Below are positions 9,428 to 17,418 of a stretch of 64,000 bases of DNA, in pieces. Under the pieces are notes generated by a model, which saw only the letters and a program-made list of their open reading frames with translations, was not told the origin of the DNA and did not search any database. Origin of the DNA: a virus (Duplodnaviria > Caudoviricetes); IMG/VR virus record IMGVR_UViG_3300048672_000970, positions 64,001 to 128,000 of that record, one strand, 5' to 3'. Within the stretch, counting starts at the first letter, position 1. Every line of letters begins with the position of its first letter. Made by a program: the position numbers and the translations under genes.

Positions 9428-9444
9428 TGAAATGTGTGCATAGT

Positions 9445-9532
9445 CCGCCATTGTCGAAACTAGAAAACGAAGTGGACTTAAAATCCACCGCCCTTGACGG
9501 GCTTGCAGGTGCAAATCCTGTATGGCGGACTA
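9445..9532 (+). tRNA. Atypical tRNA-Leu(UAA)-like RNA
   Basis: Anticodon arm GTGGA-CTTAAAA-TCCAC, long variable arm, T arm GCAGG-TGCAAAT-CCTGT; D-loop lacks GG, 3' end is CTA rather than CCA. Confidence 0.7.
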
Positions 9533-9543
9533 TGCGCATATTT

Positions 9544-9618
9544 GCGGGTATAGTTTAGTTGGAAAAACTACTGCCTTCCAAGCAGAAGTCGCCGGTTCGA
9601 TTCCGGCTACCCGCTCCA
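9544..9618 (+). tRNA. tRNA-Gly(UCC)
   Basis: GCGGGTA acceptor, CTGC-CTTCCAA-GCAG anticodon arm, GGTTCGATTCC, U73 and CCA. Confidence 0.92.
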
Positions 9619-9621
9619 AAT

Positions 9622-9709
9622 GGGAACGTATACCTCTAAGGAGAAGGCCCGGACTGTAAATCCGGTGTCCGAAAGGACTCGCTGTGATCGTTACACAGAG
9701 TTCCCACCA
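9622..9709 (+). tRNA. tRNA-Tyr(GUA), non-canonical T-loop
   Basis: CCGGA-CTGTAAA-TCCGG, GTCC-GAAA-GGAC variable arm, A73-CCA; T-loop ATCGTTA. Confidence 0.8.
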
Positions 9710-9716
9710 GAACAAC

Positions 9717-9791
9717 GCGTCTATCATACAATGGATAGTATAACGGTCTTCTAATCCGTAAATTTAGGTTCAATTCCTAATAGACGCCCCA
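9717..9791 (+). tRNA. tRNA-Arg(UCU)
   Basis: GCGTCTA/TAGACGC acceptor, loop CTTCTAA, D-loop GGA (A20), GGTTCAATTCC, CCA. Confidence 0.88.
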
Positions 9792-9798
9792 GAACAAA

Positions 9799-9874
9799 TG
9801 GGGTATAATTCAATTGGTTAGAATAGAAAACTTCTAATTTTCCTATCAGGGTTCGATTCCCTGTGCCCCAACCA
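9799..9874 (+). tRNA. Second tRNA with UCU anticodon (Arg by anticodon; Gln-like acceptor stem)
   Basis: TGGGGTA/TGCCCCA acceptor, GAAAA-CTTCTAA-TTTTC, CAGGG-TTCGATT-CCCTG, A73-CCA. Confidence 0.8.
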
Positions 9875-9877
9875 AAT

Positions 9878-9905
9878 AAAAAGAGACTCCAACGAGTCTC
9901 TTTTT
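9878..9905 (+). terminator. Rho-independent terminator of tRNA cluster
   Basis: GAGACTC-caac-GAGTCTC followed by T run. Confidence 0.85.
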
Positions 9906-10018
9906 CATTCCAACATCATGCGTTTCATAACGGCCGTAAAAACTGTGCTCACGATGGTGCTTAAACTTTGTTTTTGCCAGAACTGGTAATGTCGGTCAAA
10001 ACCAGTTTAACCATCCGT

Positions 10019-10024
10019 TAAATA
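10019..10024 (+). promoter_or_regulatory. TAAATA late-promoter-like box (one of ~12 in the window)
   Basis: TAAATA 18 nt before ATG 10043; same arrangement at 24520, 30503, 34321, 40751, 53203, 60843 (+) and 41879, 45763, 58441, 60833 (-). Confidence 0.65.
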
Positions 10025-10042
10025 CCTAAAACCAATACTCCT

Positions 10043-10663
10043 ATGCTTCTCAAACAACTTCTTTCTGAAATGCCAGTAGCTATTAACACCGAATTGGTCG
10101 ATTCTGGTGATGAACCTTTTACGGTCTTTTTCATGTCTGATGACACTATGAAACGCCGTGGATATAGAGAGATAGGTAAAAAGGGTAAAGTTCATATCAT
10201 GCTCAGTAAAAACAATCAAATCTGCGTGGCTGGATTTGAAGATATTCGGCATGATGGAACTTCTGGTTTCAAGGTTTTAGGGATGTTAGAGTTCAAAATG
10301 CAGCTCAATCTGGGCATCGACCTGCATACACAAGGGCAAATGGTGCAGGTGGAACTGGTTGAGGTATCTGACCAATTCAAAGAGCTTGGATTGGGCAGTT
10401 TCATGTATCATCGGGTGGTGCAGTCTGGCTTGACGTTGGTTTCAGACAATCAACAATATCTTGGCGGACAATCACTCTGGCGAAAGATTGCGAAAGCGCA
10501 TATGGCTGATGAAGTGGTCTATGTCATGCAGAAAGGGAAGTTACTCTCTGATAGTGATGGACAACCTATCGAGTATGATGGCAAGAACATTCCGGATTCG
10601 AGTATTTGGAGTGAAGATGCTACTCACAAGCACACCTTGCTGATTTACACAAAACGGGGGTGA
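10043..10663 (+). CDS. GNAT-like fold protein, putative virion internal protein
   Basis: VEVSDQFKELGLGSFMY (motif-A-like) and SDxQQxxGGxxLW; N-terminal MLLKQLLSE. Confidence 0.55.
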   Translation: MLLKQLLSEMPVAINTELVDSGDEPFTVFFMSDDTMKRRGYREIGKKGKVHIMLSKNNQICVAGFEDIRHDGTSGFKVLGMLEFKMQLNLGIDLHTQGQMVQVELVEVSDQFKELGLGSFMYHRVVQSGLTLVSDNQQYLGGQSLWRKIAKAHMADEVVYVMQKGKLLSDSDGQPIEYDGKNIPDSSIWSEDATHKHTLLIYTKRG

Positions 10664-10796
10664 TGGATGTTGGGTATGCTAAAGAAGGGGTGTTTGAACT
10701 TACTGCGCCGGAGCTGAAAAAGATGCAACAAATGCTTGAAGCGCGTTTCAGAATCCATTACAATCGATGAATCGAAACCAACTGGAGAAAAATTTC

Positions 10797-11489
10797 ATGG
10801 CTGACCAGCAACCGCCGAAACCGGCACGAAATGAAATTGATGAAGAAGAACGTTCGGCACTTAAGCAATGGTCTGAAAATACTCTACTTCTTTCACGCGC
10901 TGAAGCTGATGTCTTCATGAAGGAGAACGCTGAACACATTTATTATAAGTACGGCCTCGGAATGGAAATCATTCAGCGATGTGATACACGCGAACAGTTT
11001 ATTAGTTTCATGCTACGCTCTGCCGTACATTATGACCCGCACAGTTGGATGAACGGTACGCCATATTTTGTGAACGCTGGGGAAAAGCGGAATCTGTGGC
11101 TGTCGACGGAAGCTATTGAACGTATCGTCAAGGAGCATCCAGAGCAATGCTTGGTGGATTCGTGTACGTTTGACTCTGAAGAATTGGATAACGTTTTTGG
11201 GTTTGAAGAATACCGAGTGATGCCTTACAAGGTAGCATCTGAACCGCAATACCTGTTTGATTTCAATAGATTCTATTGGGATGAGCGTGGCGACCGGCGT
11301 TTTCATTTTCAAAAAGTTGAAATGCCTGTTTATGACATCGCCGATTTTGAAGTGGCGGCGGATTTGGAATTTCCGTTAATGGTCAGTTTGATTTCGCATG
11401 ACACGTTTGACCGCTGTGGGTCGATTACGGGGTGCCAAGTGACCATTTACCCGGTAGACCTTGAACCTGGGATTATTCGGGTGGTGTAA
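10797..11489 (+). CDS. Hypothetical protein
   Basis: GGAG SD before ATG 10797. Confidence 0.7.
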   Translation: MADQQPPKPARNEIDEEERSALKQWSENTLLLSRAEADVFMKENAEHIYYKYGLGMEIIQRCDTREQFISFMLRSAVHYDPHSWMNGTPYFVNAGEKRNLWLSTEAIERIVKEHPEQCLVDSCTFDSEELDNVFGFEEYRVMPYKVASEPQYLFDFNRFYWDERGDRRFHFQKVEMPVYDIADFEVAADLEFPLMVSLISHDTFDRCGSITGCQVTIYPVDLEPGIIRVV

Positions 11490-11494
11490 TAAAG

Positions 11495-11534
11495 TGTAAC
11501 GAGGCTTGACCGTTGTGAAAACCATTGGTATCAT
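11495..11534 (+). promoter_or_regulatory. Early promoter with TGTAAC box
   Basis: TGTAAC-N5-TTGACC-17 nt-TATCAT. Confidence 0.7.
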
Positions 11535-11600
11535 TAACCATCTAATCCCAAACAGGAGCAACCTATCAACTATTTCGCCATCCGCCACAAACCTAGCAGT

Positions 11601-11837
11601 TTGTTCCTCACGCCCCGCTCATCTAAAACCGTTGCAACCGATGTTAAAAACATCCTTGACGGTGCAACGTTCACGCTTGGGCAAGGGAGTGAGTTAGCGG
11701 TCAAATTTTCCACAAAGCCGCTGGCCGAAGCGGCGCTAAAGTTCAACTACCCTAGCGAAATTTATTACGTCTGGGTGGGTACAGTGTGTCACATCGTTTC
11801 TGCTGAAACGCTTGAAATCATTGAATTGGAGTGGTAA
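11601..11837 (+). CDS. Hypothetical protein (start uncertain)
   Basis: ORF downstream of promoter; start codon not confident. Confidence 0.45.
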   Translation: MFLTPRSSKTVATDVKNILDGATFTLGQGSELAVKFSTKPLAEAALKFNYPSEIYYVWVGTVCHIVSAETLEIIELEW

Positions 11838-11839
11838 CC

Positions 11840-12136
11840 ATGAAATACTATGTTCTGCAACTTCTTGGAGACAATGTGTTCCTGTCGCCGTGGAACACCG
11901 GCGTTGATCAAGCCTATAACACATCAAGAGATTTGTCCGCAGTATGTAGCGATACGCTCGTTAGCGCCCTTTCCGAAGCACTTCAATTTGCCTCGTTGTC
12001 AGACATCATTTTGGCATTCTATCGATGCGAGAGCATCAACATCTTTTGCCCATTCACCAAAAGGTTCAGATATGTCACCCTGGAAGACTTTGAAGTGATT
12101 GAAGTCTCTGTTAAAATGAAGACTGTTGAAATCTAA
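11840..12136 (+). CDS. Hypothetical protein
   Basis: GGAG SD; ends like 2910 and 6037 ORFs (vxvxvxxxxE). Confidence 0.6.
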   Translation: MKYYVLQLLGDNVFLSPWNTGVDQAYNTSRDLSAVCSDTLVSALSEALQFASLSDIILAFYRCESINIFCPFTKRFRYVTLEDFEVIEVSVKMKTVEI

Positions 12137-12180
12137 CATCGGTTGCAAAACATTGCAGCCGGTGTTAGAATAAAGTTTTA

Positions 12181-12255
12181 GGGCCGGTAGCTCAATGGCA
12201 GAGCAGCGAACTCATAATTCGACGGTCAATGGTTCAATTCCATTCCGGCCTACCA
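12181..12255 (+). tRNA. tRNA with CAU anticodon, probably Ile2 (lysidine type) rather than Met
   Basis: GGGCCGG/CCGGCCT acceptor, loop CTCATAA, A73-CCA; resembles enterobacterial tRNA-Ile2 body; own promoter (TAGAAT at ~12166). Confidence 0.85.
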
Positions 12256-12277
12256 CTCATCTTGAAAAGGAAATATC

Positions 12278-12850
12278 ATGAACATGGAAGCTATCAAGGA
12301 AGTTCTGGCGCGCGCCAGTCAATACATGAATGAACATTGGCAGCAACCCAATGGTCAGTTGACTGTTTGCGCAGAAGCATGGTTCCAAGGCGAACTTGTC
12401 CGAGAAGATTCAGCTACCAACGCTTTTCGGGTTACGTATCTCTATCGTGACTCAGAAGGCGATCTTGAAAGTGAACCAGTTTGTTCATTTTTCGTGTCTG
12501 AGACTGAGACTGGAAAGGTCGCTGGATTTTATGAGTTTTTTGGTATTGATAGCCTGGATAATTTCACGATGTTTCATACTGGCGGTTTCACTGATGAACT
12601 TCTGGCAGCAGCTAAAATGGATGCAACCTCAGCTCCCAAGTGGGCTGCCAATTTTGATGGTGACGAATTTGAAATCTATCAATTGAGTCAAGCGGACATC
12701 ATGTTTGATGTTACTGGATACGATACGCCAGAAGAAGCAAAAGCGGCACTGCTGCGCGAGTATGCCGATGGTGCCCAAAAGTGGCGTGCTCACGCAGACC
12801 TGCAAGAACAGCGCCTGCAACGCTTGCAGCAAGCGATTAACGAAGGCTGA
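12278..12850 (+). CDS. Hypothetical protein
   Basis: AAGGA SD; C-terminal coiled coil. Confidence 0.7.
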   Translation: MNMEAIKEVLARASQYMNEHWQQPNGQLTVCAEAWFQGELVREDSATNAFRVTYLYRDSEGDLESEPVCSFFVSETETGKVAGFYEFFGIDSLDNFTMFHTGGFTDELLAAAKMDATSAPKWAANFDGDEFEIYQLSQADIMFDVTGYDTPEEAKAALLREYADGAQKWRAHADLQEQRLQRLQQAINEG

Positions 12851-12890
12851 TATGGTTTTGTGAACCGAAAAACGAACTGGCTTGAAAGGA

Positions 12891-13550
12891 ATGAAAATGG
12901 GAATTAAGACTGTTGCTGCAAATCTGAAAAAGGCACTTGAGGCGAATGGTTTCAGTGTAACGTCCGTTGACGTTGATTATTCAAATGGACATGACCTGTG
13001 GGTTTGTGTTAGTGGGGAACGGATCGGCCGATATGAAAAAACGGATGGTGAATGGTGGTATGAGCACCACTCGATTAATTACATTGCTATTCGTCCGGTT
13101 TTCCGTGTTTTTGCGGAAAAGCATATTACTGAATGGTTCATGGCCGCTGATGAAAGGCAGCCTAATGCCTATACATGGTACTGGTGCCCTGAACCGGAAC
13201 GTGCCTATATCAGCAATAATGGAGAGCTTACAAGTGGCTATATCAGCAATGATGGAGAGCTTACTAGCGAACTTCGCATTTTCAGTATTTCAGCACCATA
13301 CTCTTGTGAAGCTGACGACTGTACCAACACAGCGGGTTTTACGAAAAATCAACACTTCGTTTTGTTTAACATTTGGCTGGAGAACTCGATTATTGCGGAT
13401 TCCCTTGATGAGTTGCGTGATAAACTACAGCAGCGCATCGCCAACGAATTCAATGTTATACGGGCACAGTTGGCACAGATTGACAAGCGTGAACTCAGTA
13501 TCATTAATTCGCTGTCATCTATCCCCGTGGAGAACATGAATGAAAATTGA
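12891..13550 (+). CDS. Hypothetical protein with internal 11-aa duplication
   Basis: AAGGA SD; YISNNGELTSG/YISNDGELTSE. Confidence 0.7.
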   Translation: MKMGIKTVAANLKKALEANGFSVTSVDVDYSNGHDLWVCVSGERIGRYEKTDGEWWYEHHSINYIAIRPVFRVFAEKHITEWFMAADERQPNAYTWYWCPEPERAYISNNGELTSGYISNDGELTSELRIFSISAPYSCEADDCTNTAGFTKNQHFVLFNIWLENSIIADSLDELRDKLQQRIANEFNVIRAQLAQIDKRELSIINSLSSIPVENMNEN

Positions 13551-13854
13551 AGACCTTGCAGACTACATTCAGTATTTCAATGAACGGGAATACTCTCGTA
13601 TGTGGCCTAAAATAGAGCAATTGCTAGAACGCTACCCGACTGCAAATTTTGGTCACGCATGGAACGAAACTGACAATACCATTTTGATTTACTCTCGGAC
13701 TGCGGGTAATTATTTCAGTGTGGAGTTTTACCCGGATGGTGAACATGTTTTCGCGGTGATGGCTAATGGTGGTGTTGTTGTTAAAACAGGACTTTGGTAT
13801 CTCGCTGATGACCTCCCTGAAGAATTTTGTGAAAGGATTCAAAATGACAATTAA
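13540..13854 (+). CDS. Hypothetical protein
   Basis: GGAG SD, overlapping stop/start. Confidence 0.65.
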   Translation: MKIEDLADYIQYFNEREYSRMWPKIEQLLERYPTANFGHAWNETDNTILIYSRTAGNYFSVEFYPDGEHVFAVMANGGVVVKTGLWYLADDLPEEFCERIQNDN

Positions 13855-14314
13855 ACATTTAGAAACCGCGCTGCAATCTTGTCAAACTGAAAATTATTGG
13901 ATTGATTTTGACCCGTCTAGGCTAGGCTCATTTCAAATCCTGATTGATGATATTATGGATATTTTTGTAATGGAATTGCAAAATGATGGCTCTGTTGTTC
14001 GGGCTACCAATAACATTGAGGTGTTAACTAACTTTCTCAAATGTTTCCCTCTTGCAAAAATTCAAGAGCTACTTGCTTTTGATGATGCTGTTCAAATTCG
14101 TTATAACGCGTATATTGATGAGCATGATAATCTAGTTGTCAAATCTGTTCCACATGACCACATGACTTATCCTGATGCGAAACTGGCAGTGCTTGAAGCG
14201 CTTGAAGATTTGGAACGCGTTTACAATCGGGCTATTGTTGACAATCACCATCGACTTATTCAACTTCAGCATGGAATGGAAATCATCAAAAAGGAAATTT
14301 TGAACCGTAGGTAA
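13844..14314 (+). CDS. Hypothetical protein (paralogue of 14910)
   Basis: AAGGA SD; MTIKHLETAL. Confidence 0.7.
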   Translation: MTIKHLETALQSCQTENYWIDFDPSRLGSFQILIDDIMDIFVMELQNDGSVVRATNNIEVLTNFLKCFPLAKIQELLAFDDAVQIRYNAYIDEHDNLVVKSVPHDHMTYPDAKLAVLEALEDLERVYNRAIVDNHHRLIQLQHGMEIIKKEILNRR

Positions 14315-14343
14315 ATAAATTTCTTTAAGAAAGGTACTGAACA

Positions 14344-14907
14344 ATGTATATCGCTAAGATACAAGAACTTTTGGATACTGTAAGTAACCGGATTAATGCT
14401 GGATACGCCACCCCTATTGGTAAACTGGCTATTACCGTTGATGCTCATGAGTGCGCTCCCGACCTACAGGTTGCAGAGATTTATTTCAATTATTTTCAAG
14501 GTCGTCTTTCACGAGCATGTATCTGCAACATCATAGTGACCGAAATTGATGGTGGTTGGTATTCTGGGATCACCTCTGTCAATCCCTCTCCGGTAATGGG
14601 TTTTGGTATTTTCACGTCTACTGAAATCAATTTACTGCTTGATTATGCACGTGAAAACCCTAATCTCCAGGTTATGTTTGTTGCTGATATTGTTGATGGG
14701 GTAATTGAAGTTAAAGAGATTTCGGCAATTCATCCACTGTATGATCACTCAAGTTACGCGGCATCAAATCCAGAAAAAGCAGTTGAACTTCTGTTAAAGA
14801 ATTCTCAATATGAATTGCAAAACCTAAGGAAACGTGTTGAAGCGCAAATGGATGAAGTTGCAATGATTGAATCTCATCTCTTAGGAATTCAAAAAGGGGG
14901 CTTTTGA
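14344..14907 (+). CDS. Hypothetical protein
   Basis: Long ORF, C-terminal coiled coil. Confidence 0.7.
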   Translation: MYIAKIQELLDTVSNRINAGYATPIGKLAITVDAHECAPDLQVAEIYFNYFQGRLSRACICNIIVTEIDGGWYSGITSVNPSPVMGFGIFTSTEINLLLDYARENPNLQVMFVADIVDGVIEVKEISAIHPLYDHSSYAASNPEKAVELLLKNSQYELQNLRKRVEAQMDEVAMIESHLLGIQKGGF

Positions 14908-14909
14908 AA

Positions 14910-15395
14910 ATGACAATTAAACATTTAGAAGCGGCACTTCTCAAGACATTTGGTGATCTGTTTCTTGTAGATAAGCACGACACTTTTTTCTTCATTAAAT
15001 GTGAGGGAGAAATGGTAATTGAAATGCTATATGATGGTCAAGTGCTTGATATCTCAGAAGCCTCTGGTCAGCTTGAGCATTTGTTAAAGTTTATGCCACT
15101 TAAGAGCATTCGACAATTTCTTGAAATGCCTGAGTCCACAGTTATTGAGCCACGTTACCGCATCACCCATAATCCTCTTATAAAGAACGGTTTGTTTGGA
15201 TTGGAGGCAGTTCCAGTTTATTTTGATGAACCCGGATTTATTGAGGCCATGTCATCGGAGTATGGCGCATGGGTTGTTTATCAGCAGCAGGTTGCGAAAC
15301 AGCTAGATGAGCTTGAAGCTCATAAAAAGCTAGTGGAACTCATTCTGAACTATGCCACAAAAGGCCGAGAACTTGCTGAACCAACTAAAGTGTAA
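14910..15395 (+). CDS. Hypothetical protein (paralogue of 13844)
   Basis: MTIKHLEAAL; shared LL(KC/KF)xPLxxIxxxL segment. Confidence 0.7.
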   Translation: MTIKHLEAALLKTFGDLFLVDKHDTFFFIKCEGEMVIEMLYDGQVLDISEASGQLEHLLKFMPLKSIRQFLEMPESTVIEPRYRITHNPLIKNGLFGLEAVPVYFDEPGFIEAMSSEYGAWVVYQQQVAKQLDELEAHKKLVELILNYATKGRELAEPTKV

Positions 15396-15441
15396 CAGTG
15401 CTGGACTTGCCTGATGAATGAATGTAAAATTCATTCATCAA
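15391..15441 (+). promoter_or_regulatory. Early promoter with TGTAAC box and perfect 12-bp inverted repeat
   Basis: TGTAAC-N5-TGGACT-17 nt-TAAAAT; TGATGAATGAAT/ATTCATTCATCA. Confidence 0.75.
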
Positions 15442-15461
15442 CTTACAGGAGAATGTGATGG

Positions 15462-15707
15462 ATGAGTTTAAGGAATGTAATGCAGAGTAAAATCCAATCA
15501 ATCATGGAATCTGCTGTAAATGTAGGTTCCGGCTTCATTATCAGCTTCATTGTACAGACGCTCATCATGAGCGCATACGGCGTGAATTTCACTTTGGCAC
15601 AAAATTTCTCCATCACGGTAATTTTCACCGTGACATCGTTTATCCGGTCGTATATAATCCGTCGAGTGTTTAACAAATGGAGCGTCCATCATGCAACGCA
15701 GAACTAA
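15462..15707 (+). CDS. Small two-TM membrane protein of a common phage family
   Basis: QSxxQSxxESxxNVGSGFxIS...FTVxSFIRSYIIRRVFN pattern. Confidence 0.75.
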   Translation: MSLRNVMQSKIQSIMESAVNVGSGFIISFIVQTLIMSAYGVNFTLAQNFSITVIFTVTSFIRSYIIRRVFNKWSVHHATQN

Positions 15708-16224
15708 CGCCATGACCGGGATGGTTAATTTCCCGGTGGACTCGGTTAAGAGTTCAGGGGAAGGCGGAATGATTGTCCGCCTATGGGCTGAAATGGGGTT
15801 TGAAGATGAAATGTGCTGTGGGCACACTTTTCGAGAAACCATTTCGGTGTGCGTTGTTGGTGAGCATACGCTAATTACACCCACTCTCGACTGCTATACC
15901 AACGAACCCGGTTGGCTGTACGAATTAGAAGAACGGGAACCGCTCCCCTGGGAAAACCCAAATCAAACCGCGTTTAAGACTAGCCAATGGTGTGAATTTT
16001 CACCATCGTTAGTTGCGTCTGTCACTCTGGGTGCTACCGGCTGGAGTGGAAGTTATTATTCAAGTGATGGTTCGGAAATGGAAATTCCTGGACGAGCCAA
16101 AGATTTCGTTTATTGGGTTTGTCATTTTGATGACTTGACACAAGAAGGAAAAGATGTGGTACACTTGATGCAACGGTTGTACCCAATGGCTGTCATCCGA
16201 ATTGTTACTTTTCTTGATACCTGA
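15691..16224 (+). CDS. Hypothetical protein
   Basis: GGAG SD, overlaps upstream ORF. Confidence 0.65.
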   Translation: MQRRTNAMTGMVNFPVDSVKSSGEGGMIVRLWAEMGFEDEMCCGHTFRETISVCVVGEHTLITPTLDCYTNEPGWLYELEEREPLPWENPNQTAFKTSQWCEFSPSLVASVTLGATGWSGSYYSSDGSEMEIPGRAKDFVYWVCHFDDLTQEGKDVVHLMQRLYPMAVIRIVTFLDT

Positions 16225-16233
16225 AAGTTAACC

Positions 16234-16458
16234 ATGCAACAAATCCTGAAGCAACTTGAGTTATACGAACGACATGCTCTGATTGAACTTTTTCGTGAAG
16301 GGCCATTTGGTGACGAAAACCGTCCTCTTTTCAGTAAAGAACGGGCCATTCTGATTAACCTCGGATTGGCGAGCAAAATCGTTTGTAAGGGTGTTACTGG
16401 TTTCGCCGCCTGTACCGAACTCGGTGCCCAAATTTATCATGAACTGATGGAGTGCTAA
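16234..16458 (+). CDS. Hypothetical protein (possible small winged-helix-like)
   Basis: LINLGLA...TELG ending typical of wHTH; weak. Confidence 0.5.
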   Translation: MQQILKQLELYERHALIELFREGPFGDENRPLFSKERAILINLGLASKIVCKGVTGFAACTELGAQIYHELMEC

Positions 16459-16970
16459 TGAAAGTATCAATTGAAACCATCCTGTACAACGTTGAACTGT
16501 GGGTTCAGGATTCAGAGCAACCAATGCCAGCCAATCTCGCACATATCGTTGGTAGCACCATTGCTCATATACTTACTCCTTTTCAAGAAACCGACCTCAG
16601 TCATTTGGAATGCTGGTCTTACTCATTCCAGCCGGAACTGATTGAAATTCCTGAATGCATGGAATGTTCCGACCTAGCTAACACATACGAATACCAAATC
16701 GAATTTGAAAATTATGATTTCGATTTGGAACAAACTGCAGAAGAACGGGCGGTAAATTTCCGTCCATCCTTTGATTTGAATTTCAAGTCCATTCCGATTG
16801 AAGGTGGAACTATGGGCATCATCTCCACTTTTTGCCACCGAACGCTAGCTGAAGAACCGAGGATTTCCGAAGTTATTTTTCCGCTAGATGCCGATGTTGC
16901 TATTCAACTAACTCCCTCAATCTGCCAGTCGGCAATTGAGGCTTTCAATTATTTCATCAAAGGAGAATAA
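16458..16970 (+). CDS. Hypothetical acidic protein
   Basis: GGAG SD. Confidence 0.65.
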   Translation: MKVSIETILYNVELWVQDSEQPMPANLAHIVGSTIAHILTPFQETDLSHLECWSYSFQPELIEIPECMECSDLANTYEYQIEFENYDFDLEQTAEERAVNFRPSFDLNFKSIPIEGGTMGIISTFCHRTLAEEPRISEVIFPLDADVAIQLTPSICQSAIEAFNYFIKGE

Positions 16971-16971
16971 A

Positions 16972-17418
16972 ATGGCTACTCGCTGCACGATTTCAGTTGT
17001 TATGGACGATGGCTCCATTGTTGGCACTTACTGTCATTTCGATGGTTATCTGTCCCATGTTGGCAGGCTTTTGAACCAGTGTTATGCTTCATACGAAATG
17101 GCCGGCGCCCTGGTTGCTGTCGGCGACATTGCAAGTCTGACGGAATCCATTGAATCCTCAGAGATTAACGGCGATTCGCGCCGACCATATTACAATTTCC
17201 CTCCGCTGGCTAATGGTCAACCGGATTTGCAGCGTTATCGTTACACGGGTGGGCAGGAATATAACTACCTGTTCATTGATGGCCGCTGGCACGTTTGCGC
17301 AGATGACGTTGACGATAATGGAGACGAAACTGAAATTTGTTCTCCTGACACGCTGATGTCATTCGGGTTTTTGCGCCCTCTATCTGCATTCCCGATTTGT
17401 AATGTCTCCCGAAGCTGA
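16972..17418 (+). CDS. Conserved phage hypothetical protein
   Basis: AAGGAG SD; MATRxxI...YCHFDGYxxxVG...EYxYLFxxGxW pattern. Confidence 0.75.
   Translation: MATRCTISVVMDDGSIVGTYCHFDGYLSHVGRLLNQCYASYEMAGALVAVGDIASLTESIESSEINGDSRRPYYNFPPLANGQPDLQRYRYTGGQEYNYLFIDGRWHVCADDVDDNGDETEICSPDTLMSFGFLRPLSAFPICNVSRS

Noticed and set aside
9799-9874. Amber suppressor tRNA and stop-codon recoding
   Set aside because: With the 5-bp stem the loop is CUUCUAA, so the anticodon is UCU, not CUA. Conserved genes (ligase, nadV, prkA, spoVR) are full length in the standard code, and TAG is used as a real stop at 3558.
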